This document shows positions 1 to 12,816 of a stretch of 64,000 bases of DNA, in pieces. A model generated the notes under the pieces. That model was not told the DNA's origin. It did not search any database and saw only the letters and a program-made list of their open reading frames with translations. Source of the stretch: Takakia lepidozioides (Eukaryota > Plantae > Bryophyta); contig CM060733.1 in assembly GCA_030704615.1 (NCBI GenBank), positions 6,510,001 through 6,574,000 of the forward strand. The letters are read 5' to 3'. Both the position numbers and the translations under genes were made by a program. Positions within the stretch are counted from its first letter, which is position 1. Every line of letters starts with the position of its first letter.

Positions 1-639
1 GTTCCTCTTTTGCGCGCGATATTCATGATGATGATGAAGCATGTGCTTGAACATGAGAGGACTGTCTCGGCACTACAGCCACCATCGTGCATAGGCTTCC
101 ACTATTTTTGCCTTCTTGTTGTGCTTTCGGGAACCTTCGTTTTATGGTTTGGTTCTATGTCATAAATATGGAAAATGCGGACATCTGTCCTCGATAACGT
201 CCTCTGCTTGTGATCCGTCATGATACGTTTAGCCCCTTCGTACTGCATCCCTCATGAAAGCCTTCACAAGTTTAATTCGTTAAAGGAACCCATGGGTAAC
301 ATGGGCGCGAAAATGGCGGAAGCGTATGCACATGGGGGCGTGTATTGCAGATTTCGTATCGGACGATGGGACTGGTTTATGTGACCAAGTTATAGCGGCT
401 TGCATCCGTCGTGCATAAGTTGTGGAAAAGGGTGGAGATGAGAAAAACCCAGCTTTGTGATGGATCCACTGGTATATATATAAGGGATGGCAGCACAAAG
501 AAACAATTCGAGTAATCACGGAACACCATCCCGTCCTAAGGTCCTCAAACATCCACACGCACCTGCTGAATGCAGATGTCTGAGCCACGACGGGAGTAGG
601 TGCAGAATCGGTACATTGTCGCATTTGCCAGGAGACGGA

Positions 640-1230
640 CTAGGCTGAGACAATTGCATCTGCAAATGCGCGTGGATGTTTGAGGTCCGTTGTGCCGCAA
701 GTCTGTTCACAGTGGGTCCGCTGGCCTGTCAGTGCTCCGATATTCCCCTTATCGCGTGCATAACAGTCAGTTTGGAGGCGGTCTGCTAGAAGTCCGTCTG
801 TTGGGATATCAGTCTGTCGCACTTGTGAATTTGTCAGTCTGTTGTGTCGAAGTCTGTTGCACTAAGTCTGTTCGACTTCTTATTTTCCCTCCGGTCAGTC
901 TTTTGGCTTATTCTCCCGCCAGTTTGGCGAAACATCCATCTGCTGGACAGTTCTCCTCTATGGATATCAGTCTGTTGGACGGTGCATGCATCAGTCTGTT
1001 GTGCCACGAGTCTATTTGCAATGGGTGTGTTCGACTTTCTTGTTCTCCCCTTATTCTCTTTTGTCTTCATTCCACCCGTTTTCTTGCAACCAGTCTGCTG
1101 AACTGGAGGTGTGCTGACAATCATTCCCCGATGGATATCAGTCTGTTCGCCTGGTACTTTGTCAGTCTGTTCTGCTGCCAGTCTGAATTTAGTACGATGT
1201 GTTCGTTCAGTGGACGTATTCAATGCGATG
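640..1230. repeat. Low-complexity CAGTCTG(TT) motif-rich tract, probably a remnant of a DNA transposon related to the MULE at 19-40 kb
   Basis: Many copies of (t)cagtctg(t/c)t and ggatatcagtctg (e.g. ~805, ~962, ~1133). The same CAGTCTG/CAGACT word is enriched at 21200-22450 and 34390-35100. No recognisable protein. Confidence 0.4.
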
Positions 1231-2859
1231 ACGGTGGATAGTTGGCGCCCTGTGAAATCACGTCACTTGGCAGTGCCATACCCCGGTTCCCCTTCTACTT
1301 CTACTTTCTTCTCATGTTCCTTGTGTCGACTCCATTCTCTTCACGCCTGTTTCTTCGCACTGTTTCGTTTTCCTCTTTGCGTTTCCATCACCGTATAACG
1401 AAAGACGGCCGTTTCTTCCCTAGGTGTGGAGGTCGCGGTGAGCCGCGAAGCATCGCAAACACACGCTCGCCGTCGAACAACTCAAAGTTCATCGTCTCGG
1501 TGAGTTGCCACTTGCTACGGTGTTTCCATTCCATTCTGTGTCATTTCTCTTGCTTATGGTAGTCTGGTTCATAGGATTATCTGTCTGTCGTTCATTGTCC
1601 TTTGCACCCTCGTTTCATTTCTGGCAGCGCTGGCGGATGCTTGTGAAAAGGTTTAGCGACTGTGTGGATTTTTGTGCACCAAATTAGACTGAAGAAGAAG
1701 CGAAGGTACTGGTACTCACCAGAGGAGTTTGATCATAAAATAGTGTAAGCATTTGTAGACCTCCGCGCCGGAAAGCCAAAAACTCGAATTGGCAGAAGGA
1801 CAAGCTCTTCTGTCCCTTCTATGAAGAGCTTATCAAGGACAAAATCCAACTAAATTGGCATTGTGTTGACACGGGTTGCAAGGAGACTGTTGCAACGATT
1901 CCACGGGATTTCAAGCCTTGGCCGATACTGAAAGAAATGTCGATTGTCAAAGAGGCCACAATGCGCATGCGCGGATCAGTGCTTGACCCCCACTAGAAGA
2001 GAAACCGGCTTTTTCCACGGCTCTGCCATCTCACACCTGACACATTCCACGGCTTTTTATCACGGGGTCTGTACACTGAGCCAAGGTGTGGGTCTAAATA
2101 TGCCCTAACTGTGGGGTGTCTCACATGTGGTCCACACCCAGGCAAAACGAAACGGTGTGAAAACAGCCATGAGCGTGGCAGGGGTTGGCTTAGTTTACAT
2201 GGCATGTTACACACCTGTGTGAAATGGGAACATACAATTATTTCCACTGATTGTGGTGTATGGGGAGTTTGAGAATGATGCCCTTGGAAAATGATTATGA
2301 ACTTCATGTTCATGTTTAGAAATCTGCACGATGGTACTAGCAAGTGAAGAATACACCCCATTTTCAATCTCTATATTATGAAGTCTATAATGCCCTTGGT
2401 GAAATGAGCATGGGGATCGCATTCAAAGGTGGCCCCGTTCCGTTGCAACCTATGACACAACTAGGACAAATAGGCATAGGCATGATTTACACTTTTTGCC
2501 ACAAATCACTTGCATCATCCTTACGTTGAACTCCTTGTTTATGTGACATGCTTGGACTTTGTCATCTCACAATCAAAGAAAAAACAAGAATATTTCGAAA
2601 AAATCCTAACCTAAATTTACTAACAAGTTCAAACCAACCCAATGGTAATATATTTATTACCATTATCAAATGTTTGTCTACGTGGTGTTTTGGTTTTCTA
2701 GACAAGTCTGATAGCAGGACTTTAGCCTCTGACCTAGAATGAATCAAAGTGCAAAAGGTTAAAAAGTCAAAAAGTTGCTAATAAGGTTGCCCACTAGGGT
2801 AATCGTGAACACAGAGGAGGGCTGGGACTTGGCATTTTTTTTTGGTTCCCTGCGCCACA

Positions 2860-4622
2860 CCAAGGGATGGAACGCGATGATTGCAAGATATGCAGGGGCG
2901 TGGGATGGAGGTGTGAGCAAATGATGCAGGAAGGAGGAGAGGAGGAGGAGATGAGACGAGGAGAAGCTCGCAACATCTTGCGAGCTTGCCGTTCTTGGGA
3001 GAGTTAGCTTGGTCATAGCAGACCGTGTTTCATCTCTGCCTACTCAGCTACACGTGGTGGTTTCGATCTCACAGACCAATCCGACATTACCTGACTACAG
3101 ACACAAGCATCACACAAGAGGTCCTTTTGGTTGATGGTCGGTCAAGTCATGACACAACCTCAAGGACAATGTGGTGAGGGCATCTCTTCTTTGACCTATT
3201 TCAACCTGTTTTGCCTCTCACATCATGTTTGTGTGCATTGCAATGCTTGTGCAAGCCTGGCAACCCTTGAGAAGGGTAAAGAGGTGCATGGGGATATCAT
3301 CAAAGCTGGAATTGTACCTAATGTCATTCTAAACACTGCCCTGGCAGCTCGAAAAGGGGAAGGAGGTCCGTGGTGACATCTTCAGAGCTGGATTGGAATT
3401 ACCAAATGTCATTTTGAACAATACCCTAGTGGACATGTATGCAAAATGTGGGTGCATCGGGGATGCAAAGGGAGTGTCAACACTATGGCTGAACGAGATG
3501 TGGTGTCGTGGAGTGCGATGCTTGCAGGGTATGCACAACATGGACGTGGGATGGAGGCTTTGGAGACCTATGAGCAAATGATGGGGGAAGGGTCAGCCCG
3601 GCCACATCATGTTTGTATGCATTGCAGCCCTGGCAGCCCTGGAGAAGGGCAAAGAGGTGCATGGGAATATCATCAAAGCTAGAATTGTACCTAATGTCAT
3701 TCCATACACTACCCTGGCAGTTCCATGGTGACACCTTCAGAGCTGGAATTGTACCAAATGTCATTTTGAACAATACCCTGGTGGACATGTATGCAAAATG
3801 TGGGTGCATCGAGGACTATGGCTGAACGAGATGTGGTGTCGTGGAGTGCGATGCTTGCAGGGTATGCAAAGCAGGGACATGGATGGAGGCTTTGGCGACC
3901 TATGGCAAATGATGGGGGGAAGGGGTTCAGCCCGGCCACATCATGTTTGTATGCATTGCAGGCCTGGCAGCCGTGGAGAAGGGCAAAGCGGTGCATGGGG
4001 ATATCATCAAAGCTGGAATTGTACTGCCCTAGTAGCTCTGGAAAAAAGGAAGGAGGTCCATGGTGACACCTTCAGAGCTGGAATTGTACCAAATGTCATT
4101 ATGAACAATACCCTAGTGGACATGTATGCAAAATGTGGGGCATCGGGGATGCAAAGGGAGTGTTCAACACTATGGCTAAACGAGATGTGGTGTCGTGGAG
4201 TGCGATGCTTACAGGGTATGCACAGTAGGGACGTGGGATGGAGGCTTTGGAGACCTATGAGCAAATGATGGGGAAGGGGTCCAGCCCAGCCAAATCATCT
4301 TGTATGCATTGTAGGCCTGGCAGCCCTGGAGAAGGGTAAAGAGGTGCATGGGGATATCATCAAGCTGGAAAATTGTACCTTATGTCATTCCATACATGCC
4401 CTGGCAGCTCTGGAAAAGGGGAAGAGGTCCGTGGTGACATCTTCAGAGCTGGATTGTACCAAATGTCATTATGAACATAACCCAGTGGACATGTATGCAA
4501 AATGTGGGTGCATCGGGGATGCAAAAGGGAGTGTTCAACACTATGGCTAAACAAGATGTGGTGCGTGGAGGCGATTGCTTACAGGGTATGCACAGTAGGG
4601 ACGTGGGATGGAGGCTTTGGAG
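2860..4622 (+). pseudogene. PLS-class pentatricopeptide repeat (PPR) pseudogene array, left part
   Basis: Repeated PPR motifs NVILNNTLVDMYAKCGCIGDAK / RDVVSWSAMLAGYAQ / ALEKGKEVHGDIIKAGI lie in shifting frames. There are in-frame TAG stops (cag-TAG at ~4226 and ~4596). The array is cut at 4622 by the retroelement. Confidence 0.85.
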
Positions 4623-4686
4623 TGTCAAGTTATTTTACCACTAGTGTGAAACTAGCTAGGAAATAGCTAGCTTTTACATATTGACA
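4623..4686 (+). repeat. 5' terminal LTR-like unit (64 bp, TGTCAA...TTGACA)
   Basis: Has its own 6-bp terminal inverted repeat. It is followed by tt-TGG (PBS-like position) and a hairpin attgacatttggg/cccaagtgtcaat (4680-4710). Confidence 0.6.
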
Positions 4687-5639
4687 TTTGGGATTGGCCC
4701 AAGTGTCAATCCAGGGGTCAAGGCAGATTTAGGCCCTGGAGTGGTTATCTTCACGGCAAGCGCATGAGGCTCATCTTTCTCGAGTTGAGCCTCACCGCGC
4801 CTAGCTATGGCGCCGTAGTGTGGATTCCCCATGGCGTGGGGTGCACTTGGCTTGACTTGTATTTGAGTGATGAGGTTATATATGCATGAGTTTATGCTTC
4901 AGATTTGTGAGCTTGTGCTTGTATTCTTCTTCTTTATCACTCGAGAAAGATGAGCTCGTATCTATGAGTGCTAGATACGAGTTAGTTGTAGCACTTGTGG
5001 TTTTTGCTTGAGATTGAGAGAAACCAAGTTGTTATGCAAGGAGCACCATGGAGCTCTTGGTTGTTAGAAGCGGAGGCGATGTGGGTTACAGGTGGTAGAC
5101 CTTGGCATTCGATCTTCAGCTTCAGAGATGAAAGCACCATGCTGCAGGTAATTCCAGAGCACCTTGATGGTTTCAGATTGTGTACATGCATGAGCAAGCA
5201 CGATTGGGAAGAGGACCAGTCAAGAGCAGGTTATAGTGGCTTTGGTGGCAAAGCTGAGAACTGGACTTGGGAATGCGAGCTTTCATGTGTGAAGGATTGC
5301 AAGACCAAGCGAAAGGGCTGATTTGGCTTGGGGCAAATCAGTGCACTTTGTGGAGTATGGTGAGATGGGTTTCAATCTCGAGCTTCAGCATTGAGAGGGC
5401 TCTTGTCATGGCAAGAGCAGGGCTGGAACAGGAGCTAAGAGGTGCGGCAAGGCCATGGAATGTGCACCTAGGGTTTCAGAGCTTGGAAGAAGAGCCCTTG
5501 CACCACAAGAGAAGTGTCTTGTGGCTGGAAATGTAAGCCTTAGGGTTTCAGGAGCTTGGCAAAGGCTGTGGAGTGCTTAGTCTTGTCTTAGAGAGCATCA
5601 AGGAGCCAAGGAGCCAAGATAGGGGGCTGATATCTCTTG

Positions 5640-5990
5640 TGTGAAGAGGTTGCATGTGTGGAGCATGTATTCAGCTCATTGAAGCTTCCATCTTCAAGCT
5701 TGGAGGGCAAGCAAGGAAGAGGGAAGGGCTGACTTCCCTTATGTGAGGGCAATGTATGTGTGTGGAGCATGCTATCAGCCTGGTGAAGGCTTGCACTTTT
5801 AGGTGTGGGAGTGCAAGAAAGGAAGGAAGGGGCTGGTTTCCCTGTAGGGCATGTAGAGCATGCTTTCAGCCTGCTGAAGCTTGTATTTTCAGGTTTGTGG
5901 GTGCAAGAAATGAAGCAAAGGAGCTGATTCTCTTATGGTGAGAGTGGGGCATGTGTGGAGCATGCCTTCAGCCATTGAGCCTCTGTTTTC
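5640..5990 (+). repeat. ~100-bp degenerate direct repeats (x4) in the retroelement leader
   Basis: gcatgtgtggagcatg...tcagc...gaag(c/g)tt recurs at ~5652, ~5756, ~5848 and ~5948. Confidence 0.6.
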
Positions 5991-6465
5991 AAGCCTTAGA
6001 GAGCTAGAACGGAAGGTCTAGGGCTGGTTTCCACTTGGAGTGAAAGAAAAGCACTTGTAGGGCCTATGTGAGTTGGGGTTTCAACTTCAAGCTTGAAGGG
6101 AGCGCAACTCTTGAAGCAACAGGTGTAGAGGGCTGGAATAGGCTCTAAGATAGATGCTATGGCCAATGAGAGTGCTTGAATGAGTGCTCACAAGGGCTGG
6201 GAACCAGCAGGGCTTGGTTGTTTGCCATTGAGTTTAGTAGCGTGTTTGGGAGGCTAAGTGAGAAAGAAGGCTTGGTTTGTGGCAACCACCTCATGGCTTA
6301 GGGCTACTATGGTGGTGTGTGGGAGCCGAAAGAGCAAGGATACCTTGCTGATTTCCTCACAGCCACCATAGCTCGGTGGAAAGAAGCCTAGAGTCCAAGA
6401 GACACAAACCCTAGCTTGGCGTGGCTAAACCCCTGGAGAAATGGCTAAACTGCCAGAGCGGCCAT

Positions 6466-7830
6466 GTGTGGGGCTGTGACAGGCTGGTGGCAAGCTGTGA
6501 CGGGCTGTGAGGGGCTTGTGTGACAGGTTGTGGCGAGCTGCTGTGACGGGCTGTGACGGGCTGTGACAAGCTGTGGCAAGCTGTGACAGGTGTGCCCTGT
6601 GCCCTGTGGGGCTTGAGGCTGTGACGGGCTGTGCCCAGTGGCCGTGGGGCTGTGACGGGCTGTGACAGGCTGTGTGGCAAGCTGTGACAGGCTGTGATGG
6701 CTGCTGTGATGTGGCTGTGATGGGCTGTGACAGGCTGTGTCAGGCTGTGACAAGCTGTGCCCAGTGCCTTGAGGGGCTGTGACGGGCTGAGGGGCTTTGT
6801 GCAAGCTGTGACGGGCTATGAGGGGCTGTGACAGGCTGTGGCGAGCTGGACCGGCTGTGCCTGTGCCCTGTGGGGTGTGTGACGGGCTTGGGTCGGCTGT
6901 GTGCTGTGGCGAGCTGTGACGGGCTGTGTGAAGGTGCCCAGTGGCTGTGGGGCTGTGACGGGCTGTGATGGGCTGTGACAGGCTGTGCCTGTGGCCTGTG
7001 GGGCTGTGACGGGCTGTGTCAGGAGGCTGTGGCGAGCTGTGACGGGCTGGTGGATGTGAGGGGCTGTGAGGGCTGGCTGTGACAGCTGTGCCCTATGCTG
7101 TGGGGCTGTGACGGGCTGTGCCCAGTGGGCCTTTGGGGCTGTGACGGGCTGTGACAGGCTTTGGCAAGCTGTGAAAGGCGGCTGTGATGGGCTGTGTGTG
7201 ATGGGCTGTGACGGGCTGTGACAGGCGTGTGGCCTGTGGGGGGCTGTGAGGGGATGTGTTGTGTCAGGCTGTGTAGGCTGGGTGCCCAGTGGCCTTTGAG
7301 GCTGCTGTGTGGTGTGGTGGTGTGACGTGGCTGTGTGAGGCCGTGCCTGAGGCCTTTGGGGCTGTGAGGGGCTGTGACAGGCGGCGACTGGGGATTGTGT
7401 GGCTGTTGGGGCTGTTTGTGTGACGGGCTGTGAGGGCGTGTTGGGGTGTGTGGGGGGCTGTGATAGGCCGTGCCTGAGGCCTTTGGGGCTGTGACGGGCT
7501 GTGAAGGGCCGTCGTGCCTGAGGCCTTTGAGGCTGTGACGGGCTGTGAGGGGCTGTGACAGGCCGTGCCTGAGGCATTTGGGGCTGTGACGGGCTGTGAG
7601 GGGCTGTGACAGGCCGTGCCTGAGGCCTTTGAGGCTGTGACGGGCTGTGTGAGGGGCTGTGACATGCGTGCCTGAGGCTTTGGGCTGTGACGGGCTGTGA
7701 CGGGCTGTGCCTGAGGCCTTGAGGAGGGTTGTGTGTGACGGGCTGTGAGGGGCTGTGACAGGCCGTGCCTGAGGCTTTGGGGCTGTGACAGGCTGTGCCC
7801 AGTGGCCTGTGGGACTGTGACGGCTGTGCT
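6466..7830 (+). repeat. 10-bp minisatellite (GGGCTGTGAC)n with variants, ~1.35 kb, in the retroelement 5' region
   Basis: Directly visible tandem gggctgtgac/aggctgtgac/gggctgtgag, with higher-order ~60-bp units near 7450-7800. Confidence 0.95.
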
Positions 7831-8501
7831 GACTCGTGGAGGCACTGGTGGACTGCCTAAGGACTAGCATGTGGTCTGGAAGGCCGAATTTTGAAGCTCG
7901 TGGAGGGCGGTTTGAGGAGTATCTTCATGATATTCCCATGGTCATGCAAGTGAGGGTAGAGAGGAGAGGCAGAGTGTTGGGATGAGAGCATGCTGGGGTT
8001 AGGCATTGCTTTAGCTTCTCTTCCTCGTAGTTTCCACCCTCTCATTAGGCCAAGACCTTTCCGTAGGTGGAGGCAAGAGTCAGTCCGGGTTTGGGCTGGG
8101 GTGTCCTTGCAGGAGCAACACCGTGGAGTTGTTTTTGGTGTGGGGGAGTTGTCGATCTGATTTCTTGTGTTTGGATCCCCTCCATACCTGCATGCTTGAC
8201 TGTGCGCCATGCTAGTTTTGTGTGGGCGCTTGTTTTTATAAGTGATTGGTCCGGATTTGATCACCGGCCAGTCCTAGAGCATGCTGTCGATGGTGAGGCT
8301 GGGGTGATGACCAGCCAGACCATCATTGTTTCTCCTGTGGTGAGGTTGGAGGTGATGACCAGCCAACCATAGGAGTGCTTGCGGTGGATGCAGGTACAGG
8401 TGTAGGCTATGTTAGGAACTTAGTATTCCAAACCATAACCCGCAACAGGTTCTCTACCCGGTTACCTTGTGAAGAGGGGTTAGGGACATGTTCATGACCG
8501 G

Positions 8502-10000
8502 TTGAGTGTCAACACGGAGGTGCCACTAGTTGCTGGGGACAGCGCCGGTTCGAGCACTAGCGATACTAGTGGGTACACGAGACGAGGTGTGCGGTTTAGG
8601 CCACCTTCACCTCCTGTGTCTTCTACGGAAGGTTCTGATTCGGATTGTGAATCGGGAGGACTCATACCGGCGGTGCAAGTTGTTTCTTTGCCATTGTTGT
8701 GGGACACAATGGAGGAGATGTATGGAGCTACCAAGGGGCCACGAAGATACTCTGGGGCGGTGGGCACCATCGAGTTGGATGATTTTATCCAAGAGTTTGA
8801 TAGTTGGTGTGATTTGCAGCAAATGCGCAATCCACAACTATTTACGCCTTTCATGGCATGGAAGGGGCTGTTTCAGCACCTTGAGGGGCCGCCTATGGAT
8901 GATTACCATGAGTTCAGGCGGGGGCATGAGGTTGAGATCGAGGAGTGGAGGATGTACTGGTCACCCGACTATGTCTCCATCACTAGGGGCACTAGAGCCA
9001 CGAGGGCAGTGGCTACACCTGCCGCTGCACCGGCAGCTTCAGCAAGCAGCAGTGGGACTGGTGGTACAGTAGCTACGACGTCCACCCAAGCCACTACCGC
9101 ACCAGCACTAGCACCCGTGCCTGCCTTCAACCCTGTTGTGGAGTTCTTCAAAGAGTTGAGAGGGAACTACCAAGGGGTGAGGACAGAGAAGTTGCGGAGC
9201 TTGCAAGAGTTCCAACGAAGCCGACCGAGAGCTTGAGGGAGGCTTTCACTCGCATGAGGCGCTTGATAAATGTAACCCAACGGGTTACGGAAGCTCAGGC
9301 AGTCCAATTCTGGTATGGGATATTGGACAAGGAGCTGAGGAGAAGGGTGCGGGATGCAACTCTCCTACAAGCGGCCCAACCCACCTTAGCAAATGTGTTT
9401 TTGCTGGCAGAGCGGATAGAGCTCAACATGGTGGAGGAACGAGTGGTCATGGTGGGATTTGCTAAGGAGACACCACGGGGTAGTGGTGCTCCTAGCCAAC
9501 CACTACCTCAACGTGCTCAAGGCAACAAGGGGGCTCAGGTGAAGCTCAGGGAAGGGCAGAGAGGACCTCAGATGCAGGGGTCTCTCCTTCATTTGCTGGC
9601 CAACAACGGGCGGATGTGGTGTGCTGGACATGTGGAGGACCCCATGTCAAGAAGGATTGTCCAGAGGGAGGCAAAGGGCCGGCACATGCACAGCCTGCAC
9701 AGTTACAGTGTGGGCATTGTGGCAAACACGGGCATGGAGAGGCTCAGTGTTATGGTTTGCATCCTGAGTTGCGCCCAGGCCAGTTCCAAGGGAACAATGG
9801 TGGCCGGGGGCGAGGTGGAGCAGCCCAGAGGGGACGAGGTGGCCAGCCACGAGGCCAAGGGCAAGCTCAACGTGGCCAAGGACGCGGAGGTCAGGGTGTT
9901 GACCAAGGCATGGCCAACCGGCTTCAGCAGCTAGAGCAGAGGCTCGCTGCCATGGCTACCGCTCAGGTGGTACCGGCTCTAAGGCCGGATGGTCCACCTC
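8502..10000 (+). pseudogene. Gag-like region (frameshifted) with two zinc knuckles
   Basis: ORFs 8502-9236, 9233-9934 and 9616-. Capsid-like RRYSG...LDDFIQEFDSW. Knuckles CWTCGGPHVKKDC and CGHCGKHGHGEAQC, then an RGG/Q-rich nucleocapsid tail. Confidence 0.75.
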
Positions 10001-10689
10001 CTGCTCCTGAGGGAGGAGATATGGGAGGCATGGGATTCATGTGTGGAGCAACACTACCACTAGTGCAGGTGGAGTCTGCTGCAGCCGTGACTCGAGGAGC
10101 AGCACGAGTTCCTGAGCCACGAGGTGCAGAGGTGGAGTTGGATCCACAACGTGGGGAGGCAAGCCGTCAGGCTAGGCTTCCTCAGTCATTCACATTGGCG
10201 GAGACAGTGTTGACGCCATCCATGGCACCTAGTTCTCGCCCGACTGTTACCGAGGCGGAGCTTACTATGCCATTGGGGAGAGCTACACGGGTGGCACCAC
10301 TACCTAGTGTTGCCAAGGCTACGGCAGCTAGTGTGCTGCTAGGAGCGGCCACATCTGTGTGCCAGGCTCCATTGTTCTCGGCTACCATGATTGCGACGCC
10401 GGGGGTAAGACCAGCTGAGGTGTTCAGGCTGGCAGCTACACTCTGTGAGAGTGGGGAGGTTACTTCATCTTCTGCGGAGATAGTAGGAGGTGTAGTGCCG
10501 GAGGGATCCTCGGATTTGAGGGTTAAGACTGCCACGGCGGCGCCATGGCAAGCTGCAGCTGCCAGGTTGATGGAGCTGCCAGCTAGGCCAGCCATTGAGC
10601 GCGCCATGGTGACACCTGGAGTTGTCATGTTAGACAACCAGGATGGCATTTTCTGTTTGAGTGGACCGGCAGGCAAGAGGTACCGGCCA

Positions 10690-11000
10690 CTGCGGGTCTT
10701 GTTGGACTCGGGGAGCTCAGCCATTGATGCTGGGCAGAGCTGCTATTGCAGGCTTGGGCCTCACGGAGGCGGATATGGAGCCTTGTCCTTTCCAGATACA
10801 GACGTCTTGGGAGGATTGGAGCAGGCTCGGGGCATGACACGGCGTGAGTTGGCTATCAGACTACGGCCGGATCACCCTACAGATGGCTCAGTGATGCGAG
10901 CCAAGGCCATTGTGACAGACGCAGTCTCATACGATGTCCTGGTTGGTGGGGCAGTGTTGTACCCCATGGGCTTCACCCTGGATTTTTGGGAGGAATCAGC
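10690..11000 (+). pseudogene. Retroviral-type aspartic protease domain
   Basis: RVLLDSG(A) catalytic motif at ~10693-10715 and a YDVLVG motif at ~10928. Frameshifts lie between them. Confidence 0.8.
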
Positions 11001-11412
11001 TTCCTATAGGCCTGCATGGCAGTCAGGGGAGGGCCGGCGTGTGCAGCTCCCTGTGACGTTCATAGGAGGAGTTGCGGTTGCCCAGCGAGGCAAGATGCCG
11101 ACACTAGCAGCATTCACAACGGCAGTGAGTTGGCCTAGAGAGTTGCTTGAGGGCAATGCTCATTCAGAGGATGTACCACCTCCGGGAGAGCAGGATGACA
11201 TGTATGGTATGGCGGAGTTGCCTACCATGGTTGCTCAGACTCCATTGTGGGGCACGAGCAAGGATTTGCAGCGGGATGCTGATCGACGGGTGCAACAAGC
11301 CTGGGTGGAGGCTTTTGTACCGTCAGGAGAGGAGGAGAGTGTGGGGATTGCACCAGGACCACCTCAATTGTCTCCATTGGACACCACACCTATTGTGTGG
11401 CAGTATCCGGAT

Positions 11413-12375
11413 GAAGGCATTTGTCTTCTGGACTTGTTTGGCGGGATCAGCACCGGATTGGCTGCTGTGTTACAACAGGTGTACGAGTTCGGCGTTACCT
11501 GTATGTGGAGAGGGATGAGACTGCACGACGCGTTTCACTTCGCCATGTTGCTCAGTTGGTGCAGCGGTACCCTGAGTTGTTGTCGGTATCTGCAATTCGT
11601 GGATATCAGCAGGCCTTGCCAGCAGACATTTCGTTGCTGGGGGCGCAGGATTTGGAGCGGGTTGGCTCCATTGATCTGGTAGTGGCAGGTTGGCCCTGCC
11701 AAGGGCATTCATCAGCCGGGCATGGCAATGGATTGCGAGACTCGAGGTCGGGTCTGTTTTGGGAGATGGTGCGGGTTTTGCGCCACTTGCAGCTTCATCA
11801 AGCTGTATCTCCAGCATACATCTTGGAGAATGTGCCACTGATGGGCGATTCTCGGGCCAGGGTGATGGCCAGTGTGCATCAAGTCCAGTCGTGGCTTGGG
11901 TCAGCAGTGTTGCTAGATGCAGCTACAGTGGGGTCACGAGCTCATCGTCCACGGCTATGGTGGACTAACTTGATGCCACCCGCACTGCTCAAGCGTGCAT
12001 TTGATGGGGTGCAGCGGCCAGCACATCTCACAGTGGATAACATTTTGGACACAGGGAGGCAGTCTCAGCGTGTGAGACACGATGACCGTTCGCCTTTGGC
12101 AGTGGTCAACAAGGTGGGTCAACCACGGCAGCATTACCTACACTGCTCAGCTTCCCAGGATCGCATGCTTTTCGGGATGGTGGACCTGGCCTCCTGTGGG
12201 ATGCTCAGTTGCAGCAGTTAGTGGAGCCTAATGCTGACGAGCGTGAGCGGGCTATGGGTTTTCCACTGGACCACGGCGGTGCCTTCTCTTTCTGAGGCAT
12301 CACGTCGTCAGGTGTTGGGGCAAGCAATGGATCTCAATTGCTTGACCTGGATTGTCAGCTTGGCTATGGCTGAGC
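11413..12375 (+). pseudogene. DNMT3-like C5-cytosine DNA methyltransferase domain inside pol
   Basis: Motif I LDLFGGISTG, II YVERD, IV DLVVAGWPCQG (catalytic PC ~11694), GLRDSRSGLFWE, VI ILENVP (11826), VIII SRAHRPRLWWTNL, IX EPNADERERAMGF (~12223) and X RQVLGQAM (~12303). Three 1-nt frameshifts. Confidence 0.9.
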
Positions 12376-12816
12376 AACGTAGAGTGCGGAGTACACTTCC
12401 CTGATGGTCTCTCTGCCTACCGAGACGGTACAGGCAGTGAGTGGGGGCGAGCGGTGAGGACCACGAGGGTAGACATCCATGGCACACGTGGGAGGTGCTC
12501 GAGGTTCAGAGGGAGTTGGCAGCCAAGGCGGCTGTGATGGATGAGGTTGGGGATTCTTCTCGGGTTGAGGAGGTCCTCAATGATGAGATGATGGGCAGGA
12601 TGAGGCCTTGTCATTGACTGAGCAGGCAGGGAGTACTGCTCAAGAGGTTGCAGCATAGCAACCACGGACGCGTCCTCTACCTCTAAGCCCACTGGACTTA
12701 AGGTTGCAGTTACGGAGGACAATTGGGAGCCTGACATTGGACCCATTGTCACCGGAGGAGAGAGACGACGTATACGGCGGTTCCTGAGGGCTTACAGGAA
12801 TTGCTTTGCCTTCAGT

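Noticed and set aside
1-2500. Protein-coding gene in the first 2.5 kb
   Set aside because: Only short, stop-interrupted ORFs with no recognisable motif are present; probably decayed TE sequence.
2740-2800. Helitron 3' end (…cccaCTAG)
   Set aside because: There is no GC-rich hairpin just upstream, CTAG is followed by G rather than T, and no Rep/helicase is present.
6411-7870. Long minus-strand ORFs (PSQPVTA repeats)
   Set aside because: These are open in several frames only because the 10-bp repeat lacks stops on that strand, so there is no evidence of coding.
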